Below, piece by piece: positions 1 to 11,200 of a stretch of DNA of 41,067 nucleotides. Under the pieces are notes generated by a model that had not been told where the DNA came from, searched no databases, and was given only the letters and a program-made list of their open reading frames with translations. Each line of letters opens with the position of its first letter. Position 1 is the first letter of the stretch. A program made the position numbers and the translations under genes. Source of the DNA: Welwitschia mirabilis (lineage: Eukaryota). The DNA lies in contig JBOZIK010000001.1 in the NCBI GenBank assembly GCA_051453625.1, positions 12,628,630 to 12,669,696 of the forward strand, written 5' to 3'.

Positions 1-209
1 GATGTTAATCAGGGGAGCTATCCTCATATAGTTCTCCTGAGGTGTATCCTGTGGGTAATTAAAAGGTGATTATCTTAATCTTAATCTAATTGATCTGTTG
101 AAATGTTTAATTGTGTCTTATAAGTTAATTTTGTTTAATTTTAATTTAGGAAAAAAATTTACCCTATTTTATGTGCTTCTTAAGTCCAACCCAAGTACGG
201 GTTGTGACA
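1..209 (+). mobile_element. Probable 3' end of an LTR (Ty3/gypsy-like) interrupting the adjacent LINE ORF1
   Basis: Ends in GTACGGGTTGTGACA (TGTNACA-type LTR terminus) at 209, just where the minus-strand LINE ORF1 coding-like sequence stops. Confidence 0.45.
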
Positions 210-1725
210 TTTCACCTTGTTATGAAGAAGACTCATAATTGGGACTGTCTTGTTTGTCTCTATTAGGAACATTTTCTATTGACTTGATTGATGCATTAGA
301 TGCAAATCCTTTGTTTTTAAGCTTAGTTATCACTTTCTCTACCAATAATTTCTCTTCTTCTAATTTGACTAACAATTTAGGGTAACGAGTCTGAATATGA
401 TTGGACTCTTTACAATAGTAACATTTGCCAGGTAAGGTTAAGTAAACTACTTTTTGTATGTATTCCTTTTCTTTAGCTTTGAATTTGAGCCTTTCTAGGA
501 GAGGTTTATGCAACTCCAAAATAACACACACCCCTTTGGAAGGATGGGTTCAAAAACCCATATAAGATTCCATATCGATCACTTGTCATAATTGAGATGC
601 TAGAATACCAACATGAGCCACCAAATGAGGAGGAAGTTCTAAAAATTCAATCTATACTAGAATATTACTTCGACTTTTTGTTTCTGGATCAAAATTCTCC
701 ACCCACAATTTGAGAATAAGATAGGAACCGTAGACATTCCAAGTGAGCTGTTGTTTAACACAATCTGCTATTTCTTTAGTTTCAAAAGCAACTAGGAAAA
801 AACCCCTAGTTAGATTGGAGACAAGAGTGACATTGATATTTTTGAAACCCCATTGTTTCTGAATCCAGACTTGAAAAGCTCCCATAGATAGTATTTTCCC
901 AGTGAAGAAACCAATAGCATAAAGTTGCTTAAAAGTGTTGATAGTTTTATCATAGATATCTTTAGGAAATTCGAATTCAATAGTTAAAGGCTAGTTTTCC
1001 TCATCGATATTAGGTTCTTTGGAATTACCTGAAGCGTTTGCAGTTACTTATTGCATATTGAGTTCAAAGTTGACATGTGTTCAGTCTTATGTCTTTTGAA
1101 CGAATCTGCCGCACGCATTAAGTGCATTTGCTTCAAACTAGCTCTTACATCTGCAAGCACATCAATGATTTCTGCCAAAAAAACCGCTTCTTCTTTTTTT
1201 ATTCGTTTTATGCAATGCATGCATCAGATTTTTTTTTTTCCTTTTTAAGTCACCTTTCTCCGTGCACTTTTGCTTTTCTTGATTAAAGGCTTCTGGCTCC
1301 CCTGCATGCGCGAACTCCGCCAAACCTTGAGACATCCTTCCGACCTTCATCGCAGACGCTCACCACCTTTATGCTTAGAGACTCGGAGATGCTTGCTTGC
1401 TTAGAAGCTTGTTTAGAAACGTTCAAGAATCACAAACGATTAAGAAATCAAACTTGAGAATCAAAATCGCTTGCCACCTCTGCCCTCCGCTCAGAAACAT
1501 TCGTTCCTGTCTGCTCAGAAATGCTTGCCTCTGTCCGAACAGAAATGCCTTGCTCTTGTTCACTTAGAAACGCCTTGCCCCTTTACCCAATGCTTCGCTT
1601 AGAAATGCCTTGCTTAGAAATGCCTCGCCCTGCCCAAGAAACACCTTGCTCAAAATTGCCGTCACCCTAAAACACCTCGCTCAAAAAATGCTTTGTTCTG
1701 AAACGCTTTTGCTTTCAAACCTATA
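210..1725 (-). mobile_element. 5' part of an L1-type LINE: repeat-rich 5' UTR plus degenerate ORF1 (DUF4283 + zinc knuckle)
   Basis: Minus-strand translation gives GFF..., WIQKQWG, RGFFLVAF, LILKLWVENFDP, LPPHL, VILELHKPL, QKVVYLTLPGKCYYCKESNH (decayed CX2CX4HX4C), typical of plant L1 ORF1. In-frame stops are present. Likely ATG at 1350. Confidence 0.85.
1374..1715 (-). repeat. Degenerate tandem monomers in the LINE 5' UTR
   Basis: Recurrent GCT(T/C)AGAAA(T/C)GC(C/T)TTG-like units, roughly ten copies. Confidence 0.7.
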
Positions 1726-2145
1726 GCGCGTGCATTGGTTTATAGTTCTTCTTATATATTCAAGGTACACTCACCATAAGTTTTAAGCATTTCAAGAATA
1801 AGTCACGAATAATATTTAATTATTTAATGGCCGGCCTCAAGGCCCGCTGATAAATTTCATCCATTAACAAGTACAATTTCACATCCATCAAAAAAATAAT
1901 TTCCCATACATCAAAAAATATTATAATAATTTTACTTCCGAAAAGCAAATTTTAATGACTTCAGCTTAAAAATTCCGGACCAAATCAAAACTCTCAATGC
2001 AACCTCTTCGACAGCTACGCCATCAGCTTAAAAATCGAGTTATAAACCCCTTCATAAAGGTAACCTGTCCTCCTACGTACTGCAAAATCTGGGTTCTTAC
2101 CATTGCACAATTGCAATTTGTGAATACGGTTTTTCATTCGCAATA

Positions 2146-2167
2146 ATGTCTTCTACCGAAATTCAAG
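2146..2167 (+). CDS. IMPACT: RWD-domain protein (IMPACT/Yih1-like), exon 1 (MSSTEIQ)
   Basis: ATG at 2146, donor AAG|GTACGT, 89-nt intron with poly-T ending ATGCAG at 2256. The phase joins exon 2 in frame. Confidence 0.75.
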
Positions 2168-2256
2168 GTACGTGTTAAGATGGTAAATTTAGGCAATTAT
2201 TTTCTGGCCATTTTTTGGGGTTTTTTTTTTTTTAATGACATGAAACGTCTATGCAG

Positions 2257-2348
2257 AGAACAGGGAGGCACAAAGCGAGGAGATGCAGGCCTTACAGGCT
2301 ATATATGAAAATGATTGTACAATTTCGAGTGATCATTTTTTCTGCAAG
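2257..2348 (+). CDS. IMPACT: RWD-domain protein (IMPACT/Yih1-like), exon 2 (ENREAQSEEMQALQAIYENDCTISSDHFFCK)
   Basis: Classic RWD first helix (QxEExxALxAIY). Ends in phase 0 at AAG|GT. Confidence 0.85.
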
Positions 2349-3170
2349 GTTTTTCCATAAGAATTATACACAGTCCTTCATTTGAAACGATATCTTCACT
2401 TAAGTACATGAACGATCTCAGGCAATCAAACTCTTGAAAAGATTTTTGAGAGGGAAAATCATGTCTTTTGTAGTACACTTCTATAGACCACGTCCGCTTC
2501 TTTTTTCAGGTTGACAAATGCTCTTTAGTAACGAAGAATGATCGCTATTAAAAATTGAAAGTTGCCAGGTATTGAATTCCCTATACATTCTGGAAGCTTA
2601 TCTCGCTTCACGAGAAATGCATAGTAGTGAGGTAAACTACCAACTGAAAACAGCAAATCCAAGACAATATGACCGAACAAAGATTGAGAAGGAACGGAGT
2701 TGAAAGTAACACAAAGAGATCTTGCTATCACCTTAGATGTCTTTTATATCTATCACCGTACAGGCCGCTGTATTCAAACGATGTATGCAATATTTTGTCA
2801 ATATCCATCTAATATGCTTGCAATACTTTGTTTTGCCCAGTTGAGTCTTTTCAGTGATCGAGGTACTTAATGGAATCTGATAAAAAAGATAGAAAGTTTA
2901 AGCATCACTTGTATTTCTCTAATTGAGGAGGCCTTGTTAACGTCTCATTGGGTTTCTGGAAATGTAGAACTTTCGCAACTCAATGCATTCTTCTTCCCAC
3001 TCTTGCAACACAAAATGTAATTTTACGTAATGTGCTTTCATACCTAATGGAATGTCAGCATGTGTGTGAGCAAAGATTGCACTCTAGCTATCACTAAAGA
3101 TTATGAGTTATCCTCATAAATGCCTAACCCTTCCATGAAACCTTTGAGCCACATTCATTCTTTACCACCC

Positions 3171-3560
3171 TATGAAGTAGCAATGAAACTTCTAGGTCAT
3201 CAAGGTGCTATGAGTGCTTTTGAGCAAGTGTAAGCCATCATAAGTCACCATCGTCCCCTAGGTGGTTGTTAAACAAAACCTTTCATAGTGTGTGATCCAC
3301 AGAGTAGCGTGTATTACATAGACATATAGATGCACATGCACGTCCACACGCACCAAAAAGGAAAGCTTTAAAAAATTGATATTTAAAATTGATATTTTTA
3401 GAAGTATGTCCTACTAACAAGGACATGTGAAGTAGCAATGAAACTTTCAGGCTACCTAAAATGTCTTATGAGTGCTCCCAAGTTGGTTTGAGGCATCATA
3501 AGTCATCACGGTTTCCTAAGTGGTTGTTAAACAAAGCACTTCATACTCCTTGGTCCACAG
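3171..3560. repeat. Two diverged ~130-bp direct repeats (3171-3302, 3426-3560), each self-complementary
   Basis: Shared blocks TGAAGTAGCAATGAAACTT, CATCATAAGTCA, GTGGTTGTTAAACAAA, TCCACAG. Confidence 0.8.
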
Positions 3561-3832
3561 CTATTAAGAGACATATGTAGAATTGGAAAGAGAAAATGAT
3601 ACCCAACAAACATATGGGGGTAGATGGCAAAAGACATCTAAACGATGCTTGTTTCTTTATTTATCTTTCCTAAAAATACTACACTGGCAATTATTTGTGG
3701 GCTAGTCAAATTAATCAGAAAACATTTATTAAAACTCCAAGCGAGTTCTAGGCATGACAATCACACAAAGCAAAAGAGAGAATTCAAAATAAACACTGGA
3801 AATTCCAGTGGGAAATCAAGGCAAAAAACGTC

Positions 3833-4450
3833 TGTTTGGTGTCAACCCAACCCTTAGATGTTGGGGGTTCCCTCTTTCTGTTTTCAGGTCATATCCTGCC
3901 TTTCTCCTACTATCCCATTAACTTTTCTACTTCCCCATAATTCCTTCTGCTTCCCCCATCGCTTCTTTTGTCCTTTTTTATCCCTTCCTCCTTCCCTTTT
4001 TCTTTCTTCCCTTCCTTCTCATCCTTGTCTCATGAATTCCATGCCTTGGGCATGGGAGAAACCCTAGTCCCTCCTCCAGACTTCAACTTTTGCCTGTTCC
4101 TCAACTTTAAAGACTTGCATCATCTCTGGTCATAAATTTTGCACCAGCTCGAGCTTCTTTAGTTTAGTGCTTTGCTTTTAGTCAGAGTCTTCAACCTCCT
4201 AACTCCACGTGAAGACCTCATCTAGCAACATCATCCAACCAGGATCCCCTTTTTCACATCATCCCCCTTACTTCCCTTTTCATATTCTATTTGGGCTCCA
4301 GATTCCATGCCTAGGTTGTGGAATCCAACATCTTCCATGCCTTGGGCATGGAATTCCCCTCTAGGCTTCCTTCATCCTCAACTAGATGCTAGTCTCAAAT
4401 AGCTCACAGGAAGAAACATTAGATGATAACCCCCGTTCAACAACTTGGAA
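3833..4450. mobile_element. Truncated copy of the LTR-like repeat also found at 25999-27249
   Basis: Colinear similarity from the TG terminus (TGTTTGGTGTCAACCCAACC vs TGTTGGGTGGCAACTCAAACC), with shared TTCCATGCCTTGGGCATGG palindromes. Confidence 0.75.
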
Positions 4451-5610
4451 CCAATTATTAAAAAGGTGCCTATTCGTAGCGCCAACTTAATGAAGCTAAC
4501 TTTTCTTGAGTCTTGTTGACTTTTTTTGCTAACTAATATATGACTAATAGTCAATTTTTTTGGCCTACTTTTGCAGACTTTTACTAAGTCTTAAAAAGTC
4601 TTCAAACATTTAAATTGTTTTGTTGGTATTGATTGTGAAATGCAAATCTAATCAATGTAGTATTTTTAGGCCTACATAGGACAAATTCAATTGCAAATGT
4701 TATGCATTTACAGTATGTTATTATATGAACTAATTCATTGATTTATATTGATTTATTAAAAACTATTTATGTGACATGGTTTTCAAGGTGATTGTAATCC
4801 TTATATTAAATGAGAAAATCATAGAGTCTTCCAAGGAAAAATAACATAAATTCTCCTAGTTAATATAACCTTCTTGTTCAAGAAATGGATTTATACTCAA
4901 TTTTTACATCTGATTCAAGTTTATATAATAGTTTTATGAAAAAGAAGACACAAAACTAATTGGAATTGCTTTATGACAAAAAAGGAAAAAAAGAAAAAAA
5001 ATGCTAGACATATGTTTGTTGGAGCTTCATTTCATACACTTTTGATGTTCGTTTTATGTTTGATTATGATACATTCCCTAGATGTTTTAATGATATTTGG
5101 AAGTAGGTTAGCAAACTATATATTCTGTTTTGTATGTGCTTTAAGTTAAGATTTGATGTCTTTCAGTTATCTGCTGTTTTACACAGGATTTGCCTATACA
5201 AAAGTTATGCAAAATGTAGTTGGAAGTAGTTTTGCTGTAGACACATGACAATTGGTGATTAGCTATTGAGTTTAGGCTGTTTTGTTGTTTGGGGCCTGAT
5301 GTTTTTGAGCGAAGAATGACATGATGTAATCATTCTTGGTATCTTTGGCACTTCTTGGTTGACAGGAAAAAAGGAGTTAGCAAGAACCATCGTTTCAAGA
5401 ATTCTTGATCTTGTTTCTTGTTCTATTATTTTTATAGTGCTCTGTTTTTTCACTCTGTTTTATCAGTAGGTTCTTGAATTCGAAGAAATGAGTATTTGGA
5501 TTCCATTAATGCTAATCGTAGCAGCTCAGTGGAAACTATCTTTCTGTTCAATTGATGTTACTTCATTGTTGATAACTCTACAGGTCTTTATTTGTCTAGT
5601 TATTTGCAAT

Positions 5611-5710
5611 NNNNNNNNNNNNNNNNNNNNNNNNNNNNNNNNNNNNNNNNNNNNNNNNNNNNNNNNNNNNNNNNNNNNNNNNNNNNNNNNNNNNNNNNNN
5701 NNNNNNNNNN
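5611..5710. other. Assembly gap (100 N)
   Basis: Run of N. Confidence 1.
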
Positions 5711-8221
5711 TAAATTTTGATACTATGAATTGGGAAGATTTTATAAAGGGGTTTATAACCATAGAGCAAGGAATCCTCTTATAAGATATTATGCTTACGA
5801 ATTCTAACATCGTAAGAGAGTTAAAGAAAAGTCTAGTTCCAGAGATTTTTTCATGGATGAAACAAATAGTTTCAAGATTAAGGGAATTTAAAAGTTCTAA
5901 AGAATCTATGACACCATCACCTATCTTAGTAGAAAAGGAAAAAAGTCCTTGGAGACTAAAATAATGTAGGCTTAATAAAGATAGTTCTAGTTGCTATAGA
6001 AAATAGTCTAGCTACACTTAGAATTAAAATAAACATAAAAGCAATTGGAACAGAACTAACAAGAGGATAAACAACAAATTAAAAAAAGATTTAAATTATA
6101 AAAACAACTACTTGTTGTGAAGATGAGTGGTGATGGACAGGGAAGAATTTTTGAAGAAAACATAGACTTAAATAGAGAAGTCCATAATATTAAAGAAAAA
6201 TTATAAATAGTAGAAATGTAGATCACTACTCTTTTGGACTTTAATCCCAAAGATCAAAGGTTTAAAACAATTTTGAGATTTCTTTTTAAAAATTACAATA
6301 GGAAGAAGATCCACAGTAGAATATTATCCAAAAAAATAGAAATAATTGATTATTTGTATAGATATTTTAATGAATATGATAGAAAATTCCATTCAAAGAA
6401 AGAGTCTTCTTTTTTGAAAAAGTTCAATAGGAACTAGAAGATGACAAGAAAGATAATGTGATATTATCTTAGCAAATTAAACAATTAATTAAGGAAAAGA
6501 AGTAATGGAAACATGAAAAATAAAATATCCTTATTCAAATAGAAACATTAAGATGTAAGGCCATATTACTTATTTTCTATTCTAAAGATTTTTCTATTAT
6601 TCTAAGAAATGTTGCAGAAAGGTCATTGCAATAATTTTATTTATTAGAAATAAAAAATTAATTATTATAGAAAAAAAGAATAACTACTCAAAGAAAATTA
6701 TAAATTATGAAGATACTTAAAAAAATTGTCCATGTTTGAGTGAGATTGTGTTTTTGCAAGAAGAATGGAAAATCCATATCTCTAAACTTTAATTGATCTT
6801 TTTGTTGAATTTTCTAAACAATCTAAGGTAGAAATCACAAAGTTAAGAAGAGGGGCATGGTCAGTTTTTACCTTTCATTCCTTATTCCAAAATAGATAAA
6901 GGAGATTGATAAAAAAACTAATTATTAAACAAATAAATGAAATGCAGGATCTAGTAAATTTTGTAGGAAACTATTTTAAGGAAGTAAGAATATCAGAAGC
7001 TGAGTTACTAAGCTAGAGAGAGTCACCAATAATTTTGAGAAAGCTAGCTAAAGATTGGTAGTAGTATTCAGTAATATGAACTAACTAATTACTTGACATC
7101 TTGAAGTGATAAATGTAACCGTATTTGACACTAATCTTAGAGGCTTATATAGCTAAGAAAAAAGTAGAGGCATAATAATTAGATCTGCTAAGTCACATGA
7201 CATTGGAAAAGACATTTCTTTCATTCCTCCATCTAAAGTAGCTCTAACAATCAAATTGAAAAAAGAAGGTGGAGGGCAACAAACTTTGATCACTATAGAT
7301 AAATCAGAGGGACATCTTAATTTAAGTAGGAAATAAATTAAAATATAGAGAAAGGAATTGAATCAAATTGAAAGAGACACTAAACTTGCTAAGAAAATAT
7401 AAGTAGAAGAAATCTATAAATCTAGAGAAGAAACAAAACTAACATCCTTTCTTGAACCAAAAAAGAAAAGAAAATATGTAAAAAGGAAATCTCAAGAAAG
7501 AGCTGAATGTTAATATGTAAATTACAATATTTTTAATATAAATTATTGTTTTCATGTATGTTTTTCTACTTTTTAATTTTTCTCTTAAAAATCATAATTG
7601 CATGAGGACACGTGAAAGCTCAAGTCTAGGGGAATAATAAATATTAAATAATAATTTTATTTTATTTATTTTGATCATGATATTCAAAAATTTAGATTAA
7701 TTAATAGTAGTTATAAAGAGTCACTATGTATATCTATGGCCATTTGCATTGTTATTTTTTATGTCTTGTGAGAAACTGGAAATGAGAAAAGATAAGAAGC
7801 AGGAAGCACCCAAACATCTATAAGAAGGAACAAGTAGTCTAAAGAATAAAAGCAAGAAAAGATACAAGGAATCTATTACTAAAAGGAATCACTCATATAC
7901 ATTTCTAAAGCTCTAAAGGAGGAGAATAAAGTATTTACTACTAAGAGCTCTTTATAGCATGAATAATTTTCCCTTTTTTTTTTTTGGTAACAATCTGTGA
8001 TACCCTCTCTTTTCTTATCCTAACTATATTTTTTCCTTTTTTTCTCTTCCTTCCTTCTTTAATATTATCATCTAATAAACACAATGGAACCTAGGATCAA
8101 ATTTTACTTATTCCTTTATTAACATTTCTATATTCTCAGAAAAAAGATCATATTAATATTATATATTTACCTATAATTAATTTCAAGATTATTCTAGTTT
8201 ACAAATAGTAGGGATGTTATA
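5711..8221 (+). mobile_element. Heavily decayed 3' half of an Athila-like Ty3/gypsy element (accessory ORF remnant, 3' motif, probable 3' LTR)
   Basis: Stop-riddled K/E-rich coding-like sequence to ~7510. TGCATGAGGACACGTGAAAGCTCAAGTCTAGGGGAA at 7599-7634 resembles the Athila pre-LTR motif. Possible decayed LTR end GGGATGTTATA at ~8221. Confidence 0.5.
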
Positions 8222-11200
8222 ATTTTGGGTCCTCCATTTGTTCCTAGTTTTTTGTCACATAAAAGATATCTTATGAATAGTTAAGAAGATGTAAATTTGT
8301 TATAAACATATATGGATAAGTTTAAGGATAGCAAAAAATGTGGTGAATAGTTCCTAAGAAACAATCAAGGATACTTGGAAAAAAGATTAAGGGGCTCCTA
8401 AAAAGGGCAAAAAATAAACTAGATGGATTGGCTCACTTGGAACTACAAGGATCTAGTATCCCCCTTATAAAAACAAGACTCAAAGAGATTTAATTAGTAA
8501 CACAACATAAATTTAGTCTATCTATAGGAGATGAAACTTCAACAACATAAAATTAAGTTATTTTTAGTAGCACTGGAATAATTTCATCATGATAGAATAA
8601 GGAAATTTAGGAGGTATTAAGATCCTAACAAAAAAAAAGCAAAATTAATTCATAGTAGTAGACACCATCTAACTATTTATCTTAAAGAGGAAGGTTGGAT
8701 CATAAAAAATGTGTATAGCCCATAGAACAATATAGATAAAGCCTTAATGCTGAATAAGTTGCTAAACTTAGTCAAGAATAAAGCTAAATGGGTAGTCGTT
8801 AGCAACTTTAACCAGTGCCTTTATAGATGGGAAAAAACATGGGGTAAAATTTGAAACAACAAGGGAGTTGAGATTCTTAAGGACCTAATGGCAAAATAAA
8901 ACTTTTCGGATATCCTAATTATAGGATGCAAATTTACATGGTCCAATAGAAGAACTAGAGGTAACCAAATAATGTCCCGAATCGACAAGATCTTAATGGA
9001 AAAAGACATAACCACAATGACAATTAAGGCTTAGGATCTAAAGAAAATAGTTTTGGACCATAATCAAATTTAGAATTGGCATAATGATGACCCCTAAATC
9101 ACCCTTCATGATGAAGTGGCTCATGATGGAGGAAATTAGGAGCATAGTAGAAAATGTGTGGGATTAATATGATGGTACCCTACTAATCACTTCTCATTAT
9201 GAGGGCTTAAACACTCTCAAGGCTTATCTTAAGGATTAGAGATAGAAAGATAGAGATAGATTTGAGTCTAAAAGCGAGTTGGATTAAGATTATAGGAGAT
9301 TCAAATAGAGTAGAAACATGGATAATACCAAGATAATCTATGGATTAAAGAGTATAAATGACTATTAGAATTACAATAAATAACCTCAGATGAAGAACAT
9401 TACTAGAGGAAAAGGTCCAAAATCAAGTGGCTAAAAGAAGGGTACATGCATATTAAATTATTTTTTCATTAGTCTAATCAACATAGAATAGATAACAGAA
9501 TTAAGAACCTTATTATTAGATCCAAGTGCTCGAAGATGAAGAGTACATCACTGCAGAAATGTAGTTCTACCTTATAAACACTAGGGAATGGGAGGATATC
9601 ACCCCCAAATTTATTTAGGTAAAAAAGAGAATTTCACATGAGGACAATGCTAGGTTAAATAAGTTGATAGGGAAAGAAGAATTACATACAACAATTCAAT
9701 TGATGAAAAATAACAAAGACCCCTGTTCAAGTCAGTGGCTAATAGAATTATTCAAGGCATATTTCTTTTTTATAAGGGATAAATTTCATGATGTCACGCA
9801 AGACATCTTTAATAATAAGTGCATTCTAATCAAGATGAAAAAGATCAAGGTAGTCTTTATACCAAAAAGAATGAGATGCCAATAAATCAGAGGATTATAA
9901 AACTTTAGGAATATGTAATGTGACACATAAAATCTTCATAAAAATAAGGTAGGCCTATCACTTCCTTGCTGTCCAAGGCGATCTTCAGGATCGAATTAGG
10001 CTTCATCCGATCCAGATATATTTAAGACCAAATTCTTTTAACTCATGAGATCATTCATTCAGTTAAGAAATATAAGTTTCCTTTACTTCTTACTAAGCTA
10101 GACATAGCAAAAGCATATGATTCTTTGGGCTAGAGAGCCTTAAAAATCATCTTAAGAAAACTTGGTTTCAATTATAATATCATTAATCTATGGCTAGATA
10201 AATAAGCTTGAATTGACTTCTTTGTAGAGGTAAATAGTAGCAGATTAGAATTCTTCTCTATAGGATGCAGGCTAAGGTGAGGGAACCCCTTATTCCCCTA
10301 CCTTATTTTATTCATAATGAATGTTTTGCATGGAATGCTCAAAAGGAATCGAGTCTTGGTGATAAAAATAGGAAGCCAAGAATTCATCAATAATTACTAT
10401 GTAGATGATATAATCATAATGACTTTATCCTTTAGTTAATAAGCCAAAGACATCAAAGATATAATGAACCTTTTTGCCAAAGCAACAAGACTCAAGACTA
10501 ACTAGAACAAGTCCAGAATAAATATTATTGATAGAAATATTAGAAAGAGAGGAAATATCATTAGAATATTAGAAGCCAAGCTAGGAGATCTACAAGGAAT
10601 GTATCTAGGGATTCCTCTTAGAAACTGACATAAATCCCTAAGCTAAAGCTTCATTTTGGAAAAAAAAATTCAGAAGAAATGCAATACTAGGTTAAATAAA
10701 TTTCTCTTCTCTAAAGTAAATATCACCTTAGAAAACATCTACCTAATTGATTTATTTAGATATATAGCCTTCATTATCACCCCCACAAGTTCATAATAAA
10801 AAAATTCAACAAGATGCTGGAGGAGTTCATCTGATCTGAGGTAAGGATAAAAACCACATCCAACTTTGCAAATGGGTTCTTATGATAAGAGCTAAGGATG
10901 TAGGAGATTGGGGAATACATAAAATTGAATAATACTCACTCATAGGAGCTTATAAAATTATTACGAGATTACTTGCTAGAGGACAACCTTGGAATGACCT
11001 CATTTATCACAAATACCCATCATGAATAACAAGTGGATGGGAGCCATACCTTTGGAAGCATTTATCAATATCCAAAAGAGAATTAATTAAATTAGGCACA
11101 TTTAATAAAGACACAATAAAATCCGTATTTATTAAAAAAATGGCAAAGACGAAGTAAGAAATAGATTATGACAAGGGTAAATCTATGATAAAATTAAAAA

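Noticed and set aside
1374-1715. CRISPR-like repeat array
   Set aside because: Eukaryotic context; degenerate repeats without regular unique spacers; part of a LINE 5' UTR.
2041-2065. Donor AAG|GTAACC as an alternative coding first exon from ATG 1997
   Set aside because: It ends in phase 0, whereas exon 2 needs phase 1.
3171-3560. Hammerhead ribozyme, SECIS or H/ACA snoRNA interpretation of the tandem hairpins
   Set aside because: GAAAC and ACA are present, but there is no intact CUGANGA core in the right geometry and no two-hairpin H/ACA layout, and land plants lack Sec insertion.
5488-5810. ORFs 5488-5784 and 5526-5810
   Set aside because: Artefacts of reading through the 100-N gap.
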